Of a stretch of 55,725 bases of DNA, positions 19,295 through 29,708 are shown piece by piece. This DNA is from Candidatus Hodarchaeota archaeon. GTDB lineage: Archaea > Asgardarchaeota > Heimdallarchaeia > Hodarchaeales > Hodarchaeaceae. The stretch spans positions 1 through 55,725 of the forward strand of contig JAHQWW010000013.1 of the NCBI GenBank assembly GCA_029856365.1. Direction: 5' to 3'. The position numbers and the translations under genes are program-made. Each line of letters starts with the position of its first letter. Positions within the stretch are counted from its first letter, which is position 1. The notes below the pieces were generated by a model. The model made no database searches. It was not told the DNA's origin and worked only from the letters and a program-made list of their open reading frames with translations.

Positions 19295-21568
19295 ATGAAA
19301 ATTAAACAATTTCTCCACGAGATAGAGGCAAACTCCTCTTATCGACAACAGATGATATTTGAAACAACGATTCCAGCTAGGTTAGCAAAATACGGAACTC
19401 TTGATTTTAAATTAGAACCAGAATTGGCCGAGTGGTTAAAAGAAAACCAGTTAAAATTATATTCCCATCAAACTGAAGCATTAAATGCTATTCACAAAGG
19501 AAAAAATGTAGTGATAACAACACCTACAGCTTCAGGAAAAACATTGATTTTTTCTCTTTCCGTTGCAAATGCAGTAGCTCGAAGACGAGCAGTGACCGCA
19601 TTGTTCCTTTATCCAACAAAAGCTCTTGCAAACGACCAATTAAAAAAACTAGAAGAATTAAACCAAGTATTAAATGGACGATTACGTCCCTATATTTATG
19701 ATGGAGATACACCCTCTGAACAAAGGCCTAGGATTCGTAATTTTGCTCACGTGATTATCTCTAATCCGTATGCTTTGCATCAATACTTAGATTGGCATCA
19801 TAAATGGGATAGATTTTTTAGAAATTTAAGGTATATCGTAATAGACGAAGCGCACCAGTATAGAGGAGTTTTTGGGTCCAATGTTGCTCAATTGATACGA
19901 AGGTTAAATCGAATTATTGACTACTATGGATCCACACCTCAGTTTATTCTCTCCTCTGCAACAATTAATAATCCTGAAGAGTTTATTACAAAACTTATTG
20001 GAAAACCAATTGAAATAATTAAGGAAGATGGAGCAGAATACGGTGTAAAACATCTTGTATTATGGAATCCTCCCTTTATAGACCGATACAAGCTGAAAAG
20101 GCGTTCACCCCATCAGGAAACTCGTGATTTATTAATTCAACATCTTAAAATTAACTATCAAACACTTTGTTTCACACTGTCTCGACGGATGGCTGAACTC
20201 ATCTCAATGTGGACAAGACAAGATCTTAGAAACCATGAACTAGATTATAGCAAAGTAATGTCCTATCGGGCTGGCTATCGTCCTTTAGAACGTCGTAAAA
20301 TTGAGAATAAATTACGTAATCGCGAGATCCAAGCTGTTGTTTCTACCAACGCACTAGAAGTTGGAATAGATATTGGTAATCTAGATGCAGTGATCCTATC
20401 AGGGTTCCCAGGCACCATAATTTCCACTTGGCAACAAATTGGTCGTGTTGGAAGGACTCTCCGACCTTCGTTGGCAACTTTAGTTCTCTTTGAAGATCCT
20501 CTACAACAATTTCTTGGTAAACATCCTGACTACTTCTTAGGAAAAAATCCTGAAAATGCAATTATTGATCTTGAGAATCCCTATATTCTGAAAGGCCATA
20601 TACTTTGTGCTGCTGCGGAACTTCCTCTGTCACTCAAGGAGATTCAAAAAATTTGGGGAGACAACGGGAAAATTATTGCTCAAGAGTTACGAGAGGAAGA
20701 ATTAATCGAGATAGTTCCCGCTGGGTTAACTAGTAGCTCTACTAAAAGACCAGCATCTGTGGTTAGCCTTAATGCTGCGTTTACGGATAGTATTGAAGTT
20801 ATAGTTCGAGGAAGTCTCTTAGAAACTATGAGTATCCCGCAAGCTTATCGTGAGGCTCATGAAGGTGCTATCCTCATTCACCAAGGAGAGACTTATTTGG
20901 TAGAAAACTTGAACCTCCCAAAAAAGCAAGCTGTTGTTTCCCCCATTGAAGTTGATTATTATACAGAAGCAATGAGCACTTCAGAGGTAACAGTATTAAA
21001 GACACTCAAAAGCAAGGACATAGGGTTTCCACTTTTCTTCGGGCAAGTGAAAGTTACCGAAACGTATCATTCATATCGGAAAAAAACCTTTGATGAAATT
21101 CTAGAGATCTTACCACTAGACTTACCGACTCTAGAATTTATAACGAAAGCTCTTTGGATCGAAATACCTCAGGATGTTATTAATAGTATCCAACTTGATA
21201 AACTCGATTTTCCCGGGGGAATTCATGCAATGGAGCATGCCACAATTGCATTATCTCCCATGTATGCTATGTGTGATCGTTGGGACATTGGTGGAACTTC
21301 CTATCCTAGTTATCCTGTTGACGGGAAAGCAAAGGTGTTTATTTATGACGGATTTCCTGGAGGAATAGGGATCTCCGAACGAATTTTTATCAAATGTGAT
21401 ATTTTACTCAAAAACGTTTTAAACCTTATTAAAGACTGTGAATGCAAGGAAGGGTGTCCAAGTTGTATACAATCACCCAAATGCGGCAATGATAACTTCC
21501 CACTTGACAAGAAGGTTGCAATCATGATTTTAGAATCATTTCTACTATTTAATGAGAAATTAAATTGA
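19295..21568 (+). CDS. DEAH-box helicase with DUF1998 (Hrq1/MrfA/SftH family)
   Basis: LYSHQ, TASGKT, PTKALA.DQ, DEAH, SAT, QQIGRVGR, YDGFPGGIG, and C-terminal CECKEGCPSC...KC. Confidence 0.92.
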   Translation: MKIKQFLHEIEANSSYRQQMIFETTIPARLAKYGTLDFKLEPELAEWLKENQLKLYSHQTEALNAIHKGKNVVITTPTASGKTLIFSLSVANAVARRRAVTALFLYPTKALANDQLKKLEELNQVLNGRLRPYIYDGDTPSEQRPRIRNFAHVIISNPYALHQYLDWHHKWDRFFRNLRYIVIDEAHQYRGVFGSNVAQLIRRLNRIIDYYGSTPQFILSSATINNPEEFITKLIGKPIEIIKEDGAEYGVKHLVLWNPPFIDRYKLKRRSPHQETRDLLIQHLKINYQTLCFTLSRRMAELISMWTRQDLRNHELDYSKVMSYRAGYRPLERRKIENKLRNREIQAVVSTNALEVGIDIGNLDAVILSGFPGTIISTWQQIGRVGRTLRPSLATLVLFEDPLQQFLGKHPDYFLGKNPENAIIDLENPYILKGHILCAAAELPLSLKEIQKIWGDNGKIIAQELREEELIEIVPAGLTSSSTKRPASVVSLNAAFTDSIEVIVRGSLLETMSIPQAYREAHEGAILIHQGETYLVENLNLPKKQAVVSPIEVDYYTEAMSTSEVTVLKTLKSKDIGFPLFFGQVKVTETYHSYRKKTFDEILEILPLDLPTLEFITKALWIEIPQDVINSIQLDKLDFPGGIHAMEHATIALSPMYAMCDRWDIGGTSYPSYPVDGKAKVFIYDGFPGGIGISERIFIKCDILLKNVLNLIKDCECKEGCPSCIQSPKCGNDNFPLDKKVAIMILESFLLFNEKLN

Positions 21569-21680
21569 AAAACATCCCCCAAAACACCAGTAAAGATAGA
21601 TAATTAACTCAAAGCAACGACGATTGGAAAGCTTTCTTCCTGAAGAAATCTATTTGTAAATAATCCTCAATACAGTAAGT

Positions 21681-24600
21681 TTATTCTAGAGTATTTTTAA
21701 AAGATAAATTGACTCCACACGTACTACAGTACTTTGCTTCGGGAACAACCATTGCACCACAGTTGTGGCAAAATTTCCTCGTTAGAGGTAGCTTCTTGGG
21801 ACTTGGAGGGTGATATTGAGTAGAGTATGTACTAAAAACTGAATAGGGAGATGTTCGATAGCTTGTTCTTTTTTGTATGATGATAACAACGCCTATAACA
21901 ACAGCCATGGCAATGACTCCGAACAAGACAAGAAAAAAGGGATCAATGTCGAGATAAAAAGAAGTACTAATAAGAAAGAAAACAACCTCAATATCATAAT
22001 TTCCTTGTGTATCACGAAGGAAGATTAGAAAAAAATATAATTGATTATTAATCTCTAATTCATACTCCTCATCTGGTAAAGGAATTGGCTGGTCAGGAAC
22101 AATAAATGATCCAATATTTTCACTTTTGTTTAACGTAGATCGAGGTATTTCGAAATAATCCAAGACTGTCCGATCAACAAACCACAAGTAATAATGGATT
22201 AGCTGTACATGCACCGTAAACTCATGACTGTTAGTATCCTGCCCTATTAAACGTAGCTCAACAGTTTCCCCAGAATTCCAAATTGGAATGTCTGCTGAAG
22301 TTTCGATATCTCTATAATAATCAATGGATTGCCCTCTAATCGTACTTTTTATGCTAAATGTCGGTTCAGGATCAGGAATGATGAAAAATCCTCGCTTGGT
22401 TTTTAATAAAACTGTAGAATTCTCTCTTTTGACCCAAATTTGGATTTCATATGAATAATATCCTGTTGAAAAATCGGTTGGAACAGGCCAGTAAAGAGAT
22501 TGTTGCGTATCAGAATCAATTGAAAATGCAGTTTCGTTGACTATCTCCTCCAGAGTATCGAGAGGGGGAATAATAACATCAAGAGTGTCTTCAAGCTGAT
22601 TAGAAACTAAGAGAATAGATTGTACCGAACTGGAAACAGAATGAATAATGGAAATATTAATTCCCTCATCTATAACATAGTCATATGAGTCTTCATCAGT
22701 CCAAGATGGTAAAATTACGTTAGAAGAGGCCAAGAAATCTATTTGAAGTTCATCGACTTCAGGAAGATCACTAAAATCAAAAAAGTCGAACTCTTTCAGT
22801 GTTCCTTGTCCATTCTGAATAGAAATAGATATCTTTTGATTTGATTTTTCTCCGATAGTAACAACCAAACGATGGTGTTTTAGTGTCGTATTATAGATCA
22901 ATGAATCCTCTAAAAAGCTGCCATTTGAAAAGGTAATTTTTGCAGAAAGAGGTGAAATATCAGAGTAATAAGCTGAAATCTCTAGCTGACGATTTCCAGG
23001 GGAAATTCGCGAGTTGACTGTCAACCCATTTTCAGGCTTTAACCAATTAAAAATATTACTTACAAAATTCTGACCATCATCGGTCGAGAGAAAAGATGAA
23101 TAAAGCCAAGGTTCACTTCCTATGATCAATACTTTACCTTTGTCACTCGGTTCATATGCTGCTGTCACTAGATAGGATTGTTCCATAACCCAGGCTTGAT
23201 ACTTTAAAGTGAGATCATTTTGATTATCTGTGAAAGCCGTACCCATCTGGAAGGGAATTTTATTGACTTCTTCAAATAACGGGTTTCCTTCCTCCCATTT
23301 TACTACTTTTTGGGGAGATAATGGGATAGTATTACGATCTCTACCATTATCTGTGTAGTTTGCAAGATCTAACCGATTGGTGAAATTCACAGGAATACCC
23401 AGATCTGCTGAAAGTCGTGAATAGGCGTCAAGATTGAAATATGGAAAAGCAGAGGTTACTAAGAGTATGGATCCGCCTTGATTGTGAAATTTGGAAATAG
23501 AGTTAAGTTCTTCCTCACTTATGGGGTATTCTAAATCAGTAAGTACCAAAATATTGTTTTGTGACAAGTTTTGCCAAGTTAGGGTACTCTCGTACTCATT
23601 CACATCGAATTGTAAATTGGATACAAGAAACTCATCTAACGCTCTATAATTGAAAAAAGTTGAATCGTCCTTACCAGTATAATACGTATCCCAATATATT
23701 TTCGAGTTGGGGTTACGTATAGTGAAATTAAGAGGAATCACATGCTTAGAGTCGTAAAAAGTGTAAGTGAGGTTTCCAAGATAGATGCCTGGAGCAGTAT
23801 TCAACGGAATGGTTAAGTTTAATGATTTTTCAAAATAACCAGCTGCGGATTGGACTTGTAGAGATCTATTAAACTCGATAAACTTTTCAACAGATTCAGA
23901 AATTTCCCAAGAAATAGTACCCCCAATTCCTGTGATAAATGAAATACCTATTTGAGCATGGTCTCCAGGAAAAGCTACTCGTTCAGCAAATTCAATAGGT
24001 TTATCACTCTCTGCTCTAGGTAAGGATGAGATAAGGTTGAAACTGTCAGACTGTTGTGTTATTTCAAGTAATTCAGAAGCCCTTCCGACATTTATCAACC
24101 CACTTCCTTGAGTGTAGAGAGGTTCATTCATATCAACCGCAGATTCCTGAAGGGCGGCGCGAATAGCTGCAGGAGTTGCTTTGGGGTATTGTTGCTTCAG
24201 TAGTGCAACTGCTCCACTAACAACTGGTGTTGCCATACTCGTTCCTGATAGAATCATATAATCTCCTAATTCAACGCCAACAAAAGATTCATATGCTAGC
24301 TCTATTAGACACCCAGGAGCTAAAGGAGCAATAATTTGTACACCCGGAGCAACAACATCAGGGTCGACTTTAAAATTAAATGAAGGTCCACGACTTGAAA
24401 ACGATGCTACATTGTGACTCCCGTTTGTCGCTCCTACTGTAATGGCTTTACGAGCAGAAGCTGGAGATCCGATGGAAGCTAATTCGTCATTAGAACCCTC
24501 ATTACCAGCAGCTATAACCACTGTTATCCCAGCGTCGACTGCACTATCAACTGCAAGGGTCAATTCATCTCCTGAACCCCAAGGAGAAGATTTTCCAAAA

Positions 24601-25418
24601 CCTATGGAAATTGAAATAACATCAACAGATTGGTCTATGGCTTCATCAATGGCTGCCAGCATTGCTTCTTTGGTAGAATAGCCTGACATGTCTGCTGCTT
24701 TTAAATTCAACAGATCAGCATTGTATGCGATACCCCTGTATGTCGAACCACCCCCAGCTGCAATACCAGCTACATGGGTACCATGTCCGTGGTAATCTTG
24801 TGTGTCTTCTTCTGACTCAGAACTATATCCATATCTCGCCTTAATAAATGACTCTTCATATACAATTCTGCCCTCAAAATCTCCGTGTGGAGGATCCCCG
24901 TCGATACCAGAGTCAATGATTGCAATTTTTACATTTTTACCATCGATCCCTTTATCCCAGAGAGTACTCGTGTTAATAATTTCTGAGGGTGGAATATAAC
25001 TAGATTGCTGGCTTCCATCAACCTTTTGGGGTTTGAATTGCTCGATTGAGGGAATGACCTTGGTTTGATGAGAGAATTGTAGCCGTGAATAAATATCAGG
25101 ATAAATTTTCTGAATCATGGGAAGAGTATTCTCTTGGAAAGTTACAAAACCGATAGGAAAGTTTCGATACAAGTGCAAGTACAATGGATTAATTTGATTC
25201 AAAACTTTAGTAATAAGATTTTTTTCAGAGGGACTATAAGAAAATAATAAGTTAACTTTCGTGGTCTCTTGGTGAATCTTTTGAGGAGAGAAATTGGAGT
25301 TCTCAAGAGTTGAGTCTGAAGTTTCTTGAGGTATGTTATAGAGAGGTATAATTATCATAAAGCATAAAAGGGTAATTAGATAGAATTGCAGGGTTTTTGC
25401 AAAAATCATGAGTATCAA
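21681..25418 (-). CDS. Membrane-anchored S8 subtilase with GIFT/GATase-like domain and cytoplasmic zinc ribbon (site-1-protease-like)
   Basis: N-terminal hydrophobic signal, IIDSG, HGTHVAG, AAGNEG, GTSMATP, then YWD...NY..L...L...TD.E..ISEEE...GG.ILL. C-terminal TM helix followed by CHNC...CSTC. Confidence 0.88.
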   Translation of the reverse strand: MILMIFAKTLQFYLITLLCFMIIIPLYNIPQETSDSTLENSNFSPQKIHQETTKVNLLFSYSPSEKNLITKVLNQINPLYLHLYRNFPIGFVTFQENTLPMIQKIYPDIYSRLQFSHQTKVIPSIEQFKPQKVDGSQQSSYIPPSEIINTSTLWDKGIDGKNVKIAIIDSGIDGDPPHGDFEGRIVYEESFIKARYGYSSESEEDTQDYHGHGTHVAGIAAGGGSTYRGIAYNADLLNLKAADMSGYSTKEAMLAAIDEAIDQSVDVISISIGFGKSSPWGSGDELTLAVDSAVDAGITVVIAAGNEGSNDELASIGSPASARKAITVGATNGSHNVASFSSRGPSFNFKVDPDVVAPGVQIIAPLAPGCLIELAYESFVGVELGDYMILSGTSMATPVVSGAVALLKQQYPKATPAAIRAALQESAVDMNEPLYTQGSGLINVGRASELLEITQQSDSFNLISSLPRAESDKPIEFAERVAFPGDHAQIGISFITGIGGTISWEISESVEKFIEFNRSLQVQSAAGYFEKSLNLTIPLNTAPGIYLGNLTYTFYDSKHVIPLNFTIRNPNSKIYWDTYYTGKDDSTFFNYRALDEFLVSNLQFDVNEYESTLTWQNLSQNNILVLTDLEYPISEEELNSISKFHNQGGSILLVTSAFPYFNLDAYSRLSADLGIPVNFTNRLDLANYTDNGRDRNTIPLSPQKVVKWEEGNPLFEEVNKIPFQMGTAFTDNQNDLTLKYQAWVMEQSYLVTAAYEPSDKGKVLIIGSEPWLYSSFLSTDDGQNFVSNIFNWLKPENGLTVNSRISPGNRQLEISAYYSDISPLSAKITFSNGSFLEDSLIYNTTLKHHRLVVTIGEKSNQKISISIQNGQGTLKEFDFFDFSDLPEVDELQIDFLASSNVILPSWTDEDSYDYVIDEGINISIIHSVSSSVQSILLVSNQLEDTLDVIIPPLDTLEEIVNETAFSIDSDTQQSLYWPVPTDFSTGYYSYEIQIWVKRENSTVLLKTKRGFFIIPDPEPTFSIKSTIRGQSIDYYRDIETSADIPIWNSGETVELRLIGQDTNSHEFTVHVQLIHYYLWFVDRTVLDYFEIPRSTLNKSENIGSFIVPDQPIPLPDEEYELEINNQLYFFLIFLRDTQGNYDIEVVFFLISTSFYLDIDPFFLVLFGVIAMAVVIGVVIIIQKRTSYRTSPYSVFSTYSTQYHPPSPKKLPLTRKFCHNCGAMVVPEAKYCSTCGVNLSFKNTLE

Positions 25419-25620
25419 ACCACATAACAGTCAATTGTGTGAAGATTATAAAATCTTATTTTTATGTTCATCAGAAAATTTGAGAAATGAGTTATTTTGG
25501 TTATTACTTGAATTAAGATCTCCATCACCCAGTGTTTTTTTAGTTCTATCTTTTCAATTTCCTTATATACAGAAATACTGCTAGAAAATAAAAAACGAAG
25601 CCTGTTTTATAGATTAAAAC

Positions 25621-25833
25621 CTAAATACGTTCTTCTATATTTCGTTTCTTCTTAAACTCCTTTAATCCTGTTTCAAGTATTTTAGCAGCCTCCTTTTTCC
25701 GTCTTTCATACTCCTCTTCAATCTTATCCTTATCTTCTTTTTTCTTTCTTGCTACTTCTTTTTGCTGTTTATCACCAGCTTTTCCCAATTTTTTTAATTT
25801 CTCAACAGTTTCTTTCAGTTGTCGTCCAGACAT
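25621..25833 (-). CDS. Small Lys/Glu-rich helical protein
   Basis: 70-aa ATG-started ORF in an otherwise empty gap, with a purine-rich leader (GAAGGAA) and coding-like composition. Confidence 0.6.
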   Translation of the reverse strand: MSGRQLKETVEKLKKLGKAGDKQQKEVARKKKEDKDKIEEEYERRKKEAAKILETGLKEFKKKRNIEERI

Positions 25834-26134
25834 GGCTATTTTTCCTTCATATAATTGTTTCCTTAGCCCAACGTTATTATTGCTAACAAAGTCAGCTTAA
25901 AGTTCAATAGGATTCTTAGATATGGAAGAATTAATCCTTAAAAACGTTTCGGGTTTATGAAAACTAGTGAAATATATAGAATGAACCAAAAAAGATAAAA
26001 AACTTGATGATTAAAGAGAGAAGATTTTATGATGACTTACTAGAATATAAATTCTTTGGATTATATCCAACCCAAAGACTTATTCTTTGAGAAAGCTCTA
26101 TCTTTTATGACAATCTTTTCAGGAAACTCTCATC

Positions 26135-27217
26135 ATGATTGACGAAAAAGACTTTTTGGATCTGTTTATACCTGGACCTGTAAATGTATCAAATGATTGT
26201 AGACAAAAACTAGTTCTACCCATGATAGCTCACCGAAGTGAGACCATGGGAGAATTACATCAAGACATCGCTTCTTACTTACAGAAGATGCTTTTTACTA
26301 ACAATCAAATTATTATGTCTACATCTTCTTCCACAGGACTAATGGAAGGAGCTATTCGAAACTGTGTAAATAAAAAAGGTGTATTAAATGTCATTAATGG
26401 CGCCTTTGCAGAACGTTGGCATAAAATTGCTATAACGAATGGAAAACAAGCTGACACAATTGGTGTTGAATGGGGGAAAGCAGTTTCACCTCAACAACTA
26501 AAAGAAAAACTGGATGAGAAAGAGTACGATGCTGTCTGTATAACCCAAAATGAAACCTCCACAGGTGTTACAACTCCTCTAAAAGATCTGTACAAGATAA
26601 TTAAAGATCATAATTGTTTGTTTCTCGTTGATGCTGTATCATGCGCTGGAGGTATTGAAGCACGGATTGATGATTGGGAAATTGATGTTTATCTATTTGG
26701 ATTACAAAAATGTATGGCTCTTTCACCTGGATTAGCTGTTGCTTCAGTTTCTGACGCAGTATTAGAAATGGCTAAAACAGTCCCTAATCGTGGGCTGTAC
26801 TTTGACTTTCTAGATTTAAAGAAATATCATGATCGAGGTGGGATGCAACCAGCCACCCCTGTAATCCCGATTTACTATCAACTACAGTATCAGCTGCACA
26901 AAATAGTTGATGAAGAAGGAATAGAGAATAGATGGGCCAAACATGCAGAAATGGGTGATTATGCCAGAAAATGGGTAAAAGATAGAGGACTCACTTTGTT
27001 CGCTGATGAATCTGTAGCTTCAGACACTGTAACTTGTGTGAATAGCTTAGGGCTTGATGTACCTAAACTTAAATCAGATTTAATGAAAAAAGGGTATTTG
27101 TTGGCAACTGGGTATGGAAAATTTAAGGAGAAGAATTTCAGAATAGCCCATATGGGTGATCGAACTTTAATGGAATTGAAAACATATTTACAGACAATTG
27201 AGGAACTAATTAGTTGA
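26135..27217 (+). CDS. Class V PLP aminotransferase (serine-pyruvate/alanine-glyoxylate type)
   Basis: IPGP, HRS, NETSTG, VDAVS, QK (PLP Lys), FRIAHMG. Confidence 0.9.
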   Translation: MIDEKDFLDLFIPGPVNVSNDCRQKLVLPMIAHRSETMGELHQDIASYLQKMLFTNNQIIMSTSSSTGLMEGAIRNCVNKKGVLNVINGAFAERWHKIAITNGKQADTIGVEWGKAVSPQQLKEKLDEKEYDAVCITQNETSTGVTTPLKDLYKIIKDHNCLFLVDAVSCAGGIEARIDDWEIDVYLFGLQKCMALSPGLAVASVSDAVLEMAKTVPNRGLYFDFLDLKKYHDRGGMQPATPVIPIYYQLQYQLHKIVDEEGIENRWAKHAEMGDYARKWVKDRGLTLFADESVASDTVTCVNSLGLDVPKLKSDLMKKGYLLATGYGKFKEKNFRIAHMGDRTLMELKTYLQTIEELIS

Positions 27218-27367
27218 TCAATGTGAAAAATGGATTCTTTGTATTGTGTAGATGTTGTTTTACTAACATATGTGCTTAATAAACAGAAATTACGATTTTA
27301 CTTACTTAAAAATGAAGTATTTTATTAGTGAGATTAATGACTTGAAAAACAAAGTGAGGGCTATGAC

Positions 27368-29683
27368 TTGGCCGAGATATATGACGCAATTATCTTAGGG
27401 AAAGTTAATCCATTTCGATCTACCTCAGTAGGTGATCCTTGGCAGGCCGAAGTAATTGATGTCCCAGAGATAAATCGAAAAGCTAGTAGGGTTGTTCTTG
27501 AAACATTAGATGAAGTAAGATCAACTGGCCGATCAGGCATGTGTATGATTCTGGGAGACGCGGGAGTTGGAAAAACGCACATTTTAGCTCGTTTGAGGCG
27601 AATTGCTGAGGAAAAAGACTACCTTTTTATCTCTATACGGCCTTTTGGGGATCTTCAACGCATATACGGCCATATTCTCCAAGAGATAATGATAAGCCTT
27701 CGTAAGAAAGGGGAAGGGGAGAAGTACAGCCCACTCGAACGATTTATCGGTGAAATTGTTTCCCGAGCGTTATCTGATGGTTTACCTGACAATCCTGTAG
27801 CAAGCAGCCTTGCTGAATCTTTTAGCCAGGATCCCATGAAAATTTTTACATTTAAACCCGAAAAGTTTTATTCGACTAATTTGAGAAAGATGGCTATTAA
27901 TTACCTTGCAAGTATTCACCCTGATATAGATATTCAATTCCTAGAAGTACTTTTTCACACACTAAATCCAACGATTAGACCAACCGCGTTTAAATGGCTC
28001 TCTGGAATAGAAGTATCAGAGGCAGATCTTGAACGACTAGATGTTCCTCATTCTATCGATTCAGAAAATAGATCCTTATCCATAATTCAAACTATCTCTG
28101 CACTTGCTCACAAACCAATTTTATTAAGTTTTGACCAGTTGGAATCAATTTATATTCGCTTCAAACGAGACAATGGAATTCAACTTCTTTTCGATTCATT
28201 AACTAACCTGTATAATCAATGTAAACATCTCCTTGTTTTAGCAATGGTGCAGTCTATTGTATGGAAAGAATCCATTGTTGAAGAGGTTCCAGAATATTCA
28301 CGTCAGCGAATAGATTATATAACATCACTTGAACGATTAACAGCTGAAACAGCTTCATTACTAACTGAGGCTAGAATAGAAACAGTATTCCGTGACTCGG
28401 GTGTAACCCCTCCATTTCCCACCTACCCTTTTACAGAAGAATACATCACAATAGCTAATCAGAATACTAACGGAAATCCTCGTTTGTTTCTTCGTCATTT
28501 GCGAGATAGAATAAACGAATTCAAAGATCGAGGATTAATTCGTAAATTAACAACATCGGATATCACTGCAGATGTTAAGAAAGAAGCTGTAGCTGTAGCT
28601 GGAGTACCACCAATGACTCCAGACCAAGTTATCGCTTCAGCTGATCTATCAGAGGAGAGTACCAAATCAATTGTAGATCTAAGACCTGAGGAATTGGAAG
28701 CGTTAGCAGAACTATTTCCAGATGTCGATAAACCAACACCAGAACCAGCAATCAGCACTTCAACAGTGCTACCCCCTGCAAAAACCATTGAACTTACATC
28801 CATCTCCCCAACAAAAGTGACATCCACACCAAGCGAGTTGATAGGATTTTTAGAGAAGAAATGGGGTCAATATGCTCGAGAATTCGAACAAGAAATCTGG
28901 GCGTTTCCTCATCCAGTTCGTCGGGACTTTTTGAAGGGAGTTCTATATGATATCCTCAATACGTCTATTGACCGTCAGGTACCTATTTATGGTTTAACAA
29001 TTCTCAATGTTAGGATCGATCGCCAACTAATTGAAAAAGATGAAAAAGGACTTGATTTAGTTTTCACTTATCAAACCCCTAGAGGACCAACATCCGTGGG
29101 TATCGAAATTAATAATTCTGAGCACTCTGCAACAGTTTTTCAGAGTCTCCGACGGTTGAAAAAACTCATTAAGGGGAATATTCGTCATGCATTTATCTTA
29201 AGAGATGAAGAATTGTCCCTACAACGAACAGCTTCCAAATCACTAGATTTAGCTCAATCATTGTCTGAATATGGAGGACTATATTATATCGACTTTATGT
29301 CTAACCAAGCGCTTTTAGCAACTAAAAAACTGATGGAAATGGCTTCAGCAGGAGACATAACTTTTGGAAGCCACACAATCTCGAGAAATGAGGCATTAAC
29401 TTTTATTTTTGAGGAATGTCTTAATCGGATCATAATTTTTCAAACCATATTTGGTCATCTTAGTACTAGTGTAAGCGGGGCAAGAGGCAGTATTGATAGG
29501 ATTTCAGAGTCATCTGAAGCTATAGAAGCCATTATTTCTATTCTAAAATTTAATCCGACAATGACCACGGATAGATTATGCCTCTTACTCAATCGTACTG
29601 AAGGAGATATTATTCCCGTACTGAAAATGCTTGCCATTCGTGGAATGATTTCTTTTGATGGGAAGAGTATTCACCTACTCTAA
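27368..29683 (+). CDS. AAA+/P-loop ATPase with Pro/Thr-rich linker, REase-like domain and C-terminal wHTH
   Basis: NPF...PW...DVPEI, GDAGVGKTH, LSFDQLE, YPF, NPR sensor, LDLVF...VGIEINN, terminal helix-helix-GMISF. Confidence 0.7.
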   Translation: MAEIYDAIILGKVNPFRSTSVGDPWQAEVIDVPEINRKASRVVLETLDEVRSTGRSGMCMILGDAGVGKTHILARLRRIAEEKDYLFISIRPFGDLQRIYGHILQEIMISLRKKGEGEKYSPLERFIGEIVSRALSDGLPDNPVASSLAESFSQDPMKIFTFKPEKFYSTNLRKMAINYLASIHPDIDIQFLEVLFHTLNPTIRPTAFKWLSGIEVSEADLERLDVPHSIDSENRSLSIIQTISALAHKPILLSFDQLESIYIRFKRDNGIQLLFDSLTNLYNQCKHLLVLAMVQSIVWKESIVEEVPEYSRQRIDYITSLERLTAETASLLTEARIETVFRDSGVTPPFPTYPFTEEYITIANQNTNGNPRLFLRHLRDRINEFKDRGLIRKLTTSDITADVKKEAVAVAGVPPMTPDQVIASADLSEESTKSIVDLRPEELEALAELFPDVDKPTPEPAISTSTVLPPAKTIELTSISPTKVTSTPSELIGFLEKKWGQYAREFEQEIWAFPHPVRRDFLKGVLYDILNTSIDRQVPIYGLTILNVRIDRQLIEKDEKGLDLVFTYQTPRGPTSVGIEINNSEHSATVFQSLRRLKKLIKGNIRHAFILRDEELSLQRTASKSLDLAQSLSEYGGLYYIDFMSNQALLATKKLMEMASAGDITFGSHTISRNEALTFIFEECLNRIIIFQTIFGHLSTSVSGARGSIDRISESSEAIEAIISILKFNPTMTTDRLCLLLNRTEGDIIPVLKMLAIRGMISFDGKSIHLL

Positions 29684-29708
29684 ACAAAAAAATCTCTTGA
29701 GCTAATTT

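Noticed and set aside
25909-25938. Imperfect inverted repeat AGGATT...AATCCT upstream of the 70-aa gene
   Set aside because: It is short, AT-rich and bulged, and not distinguishable from background.
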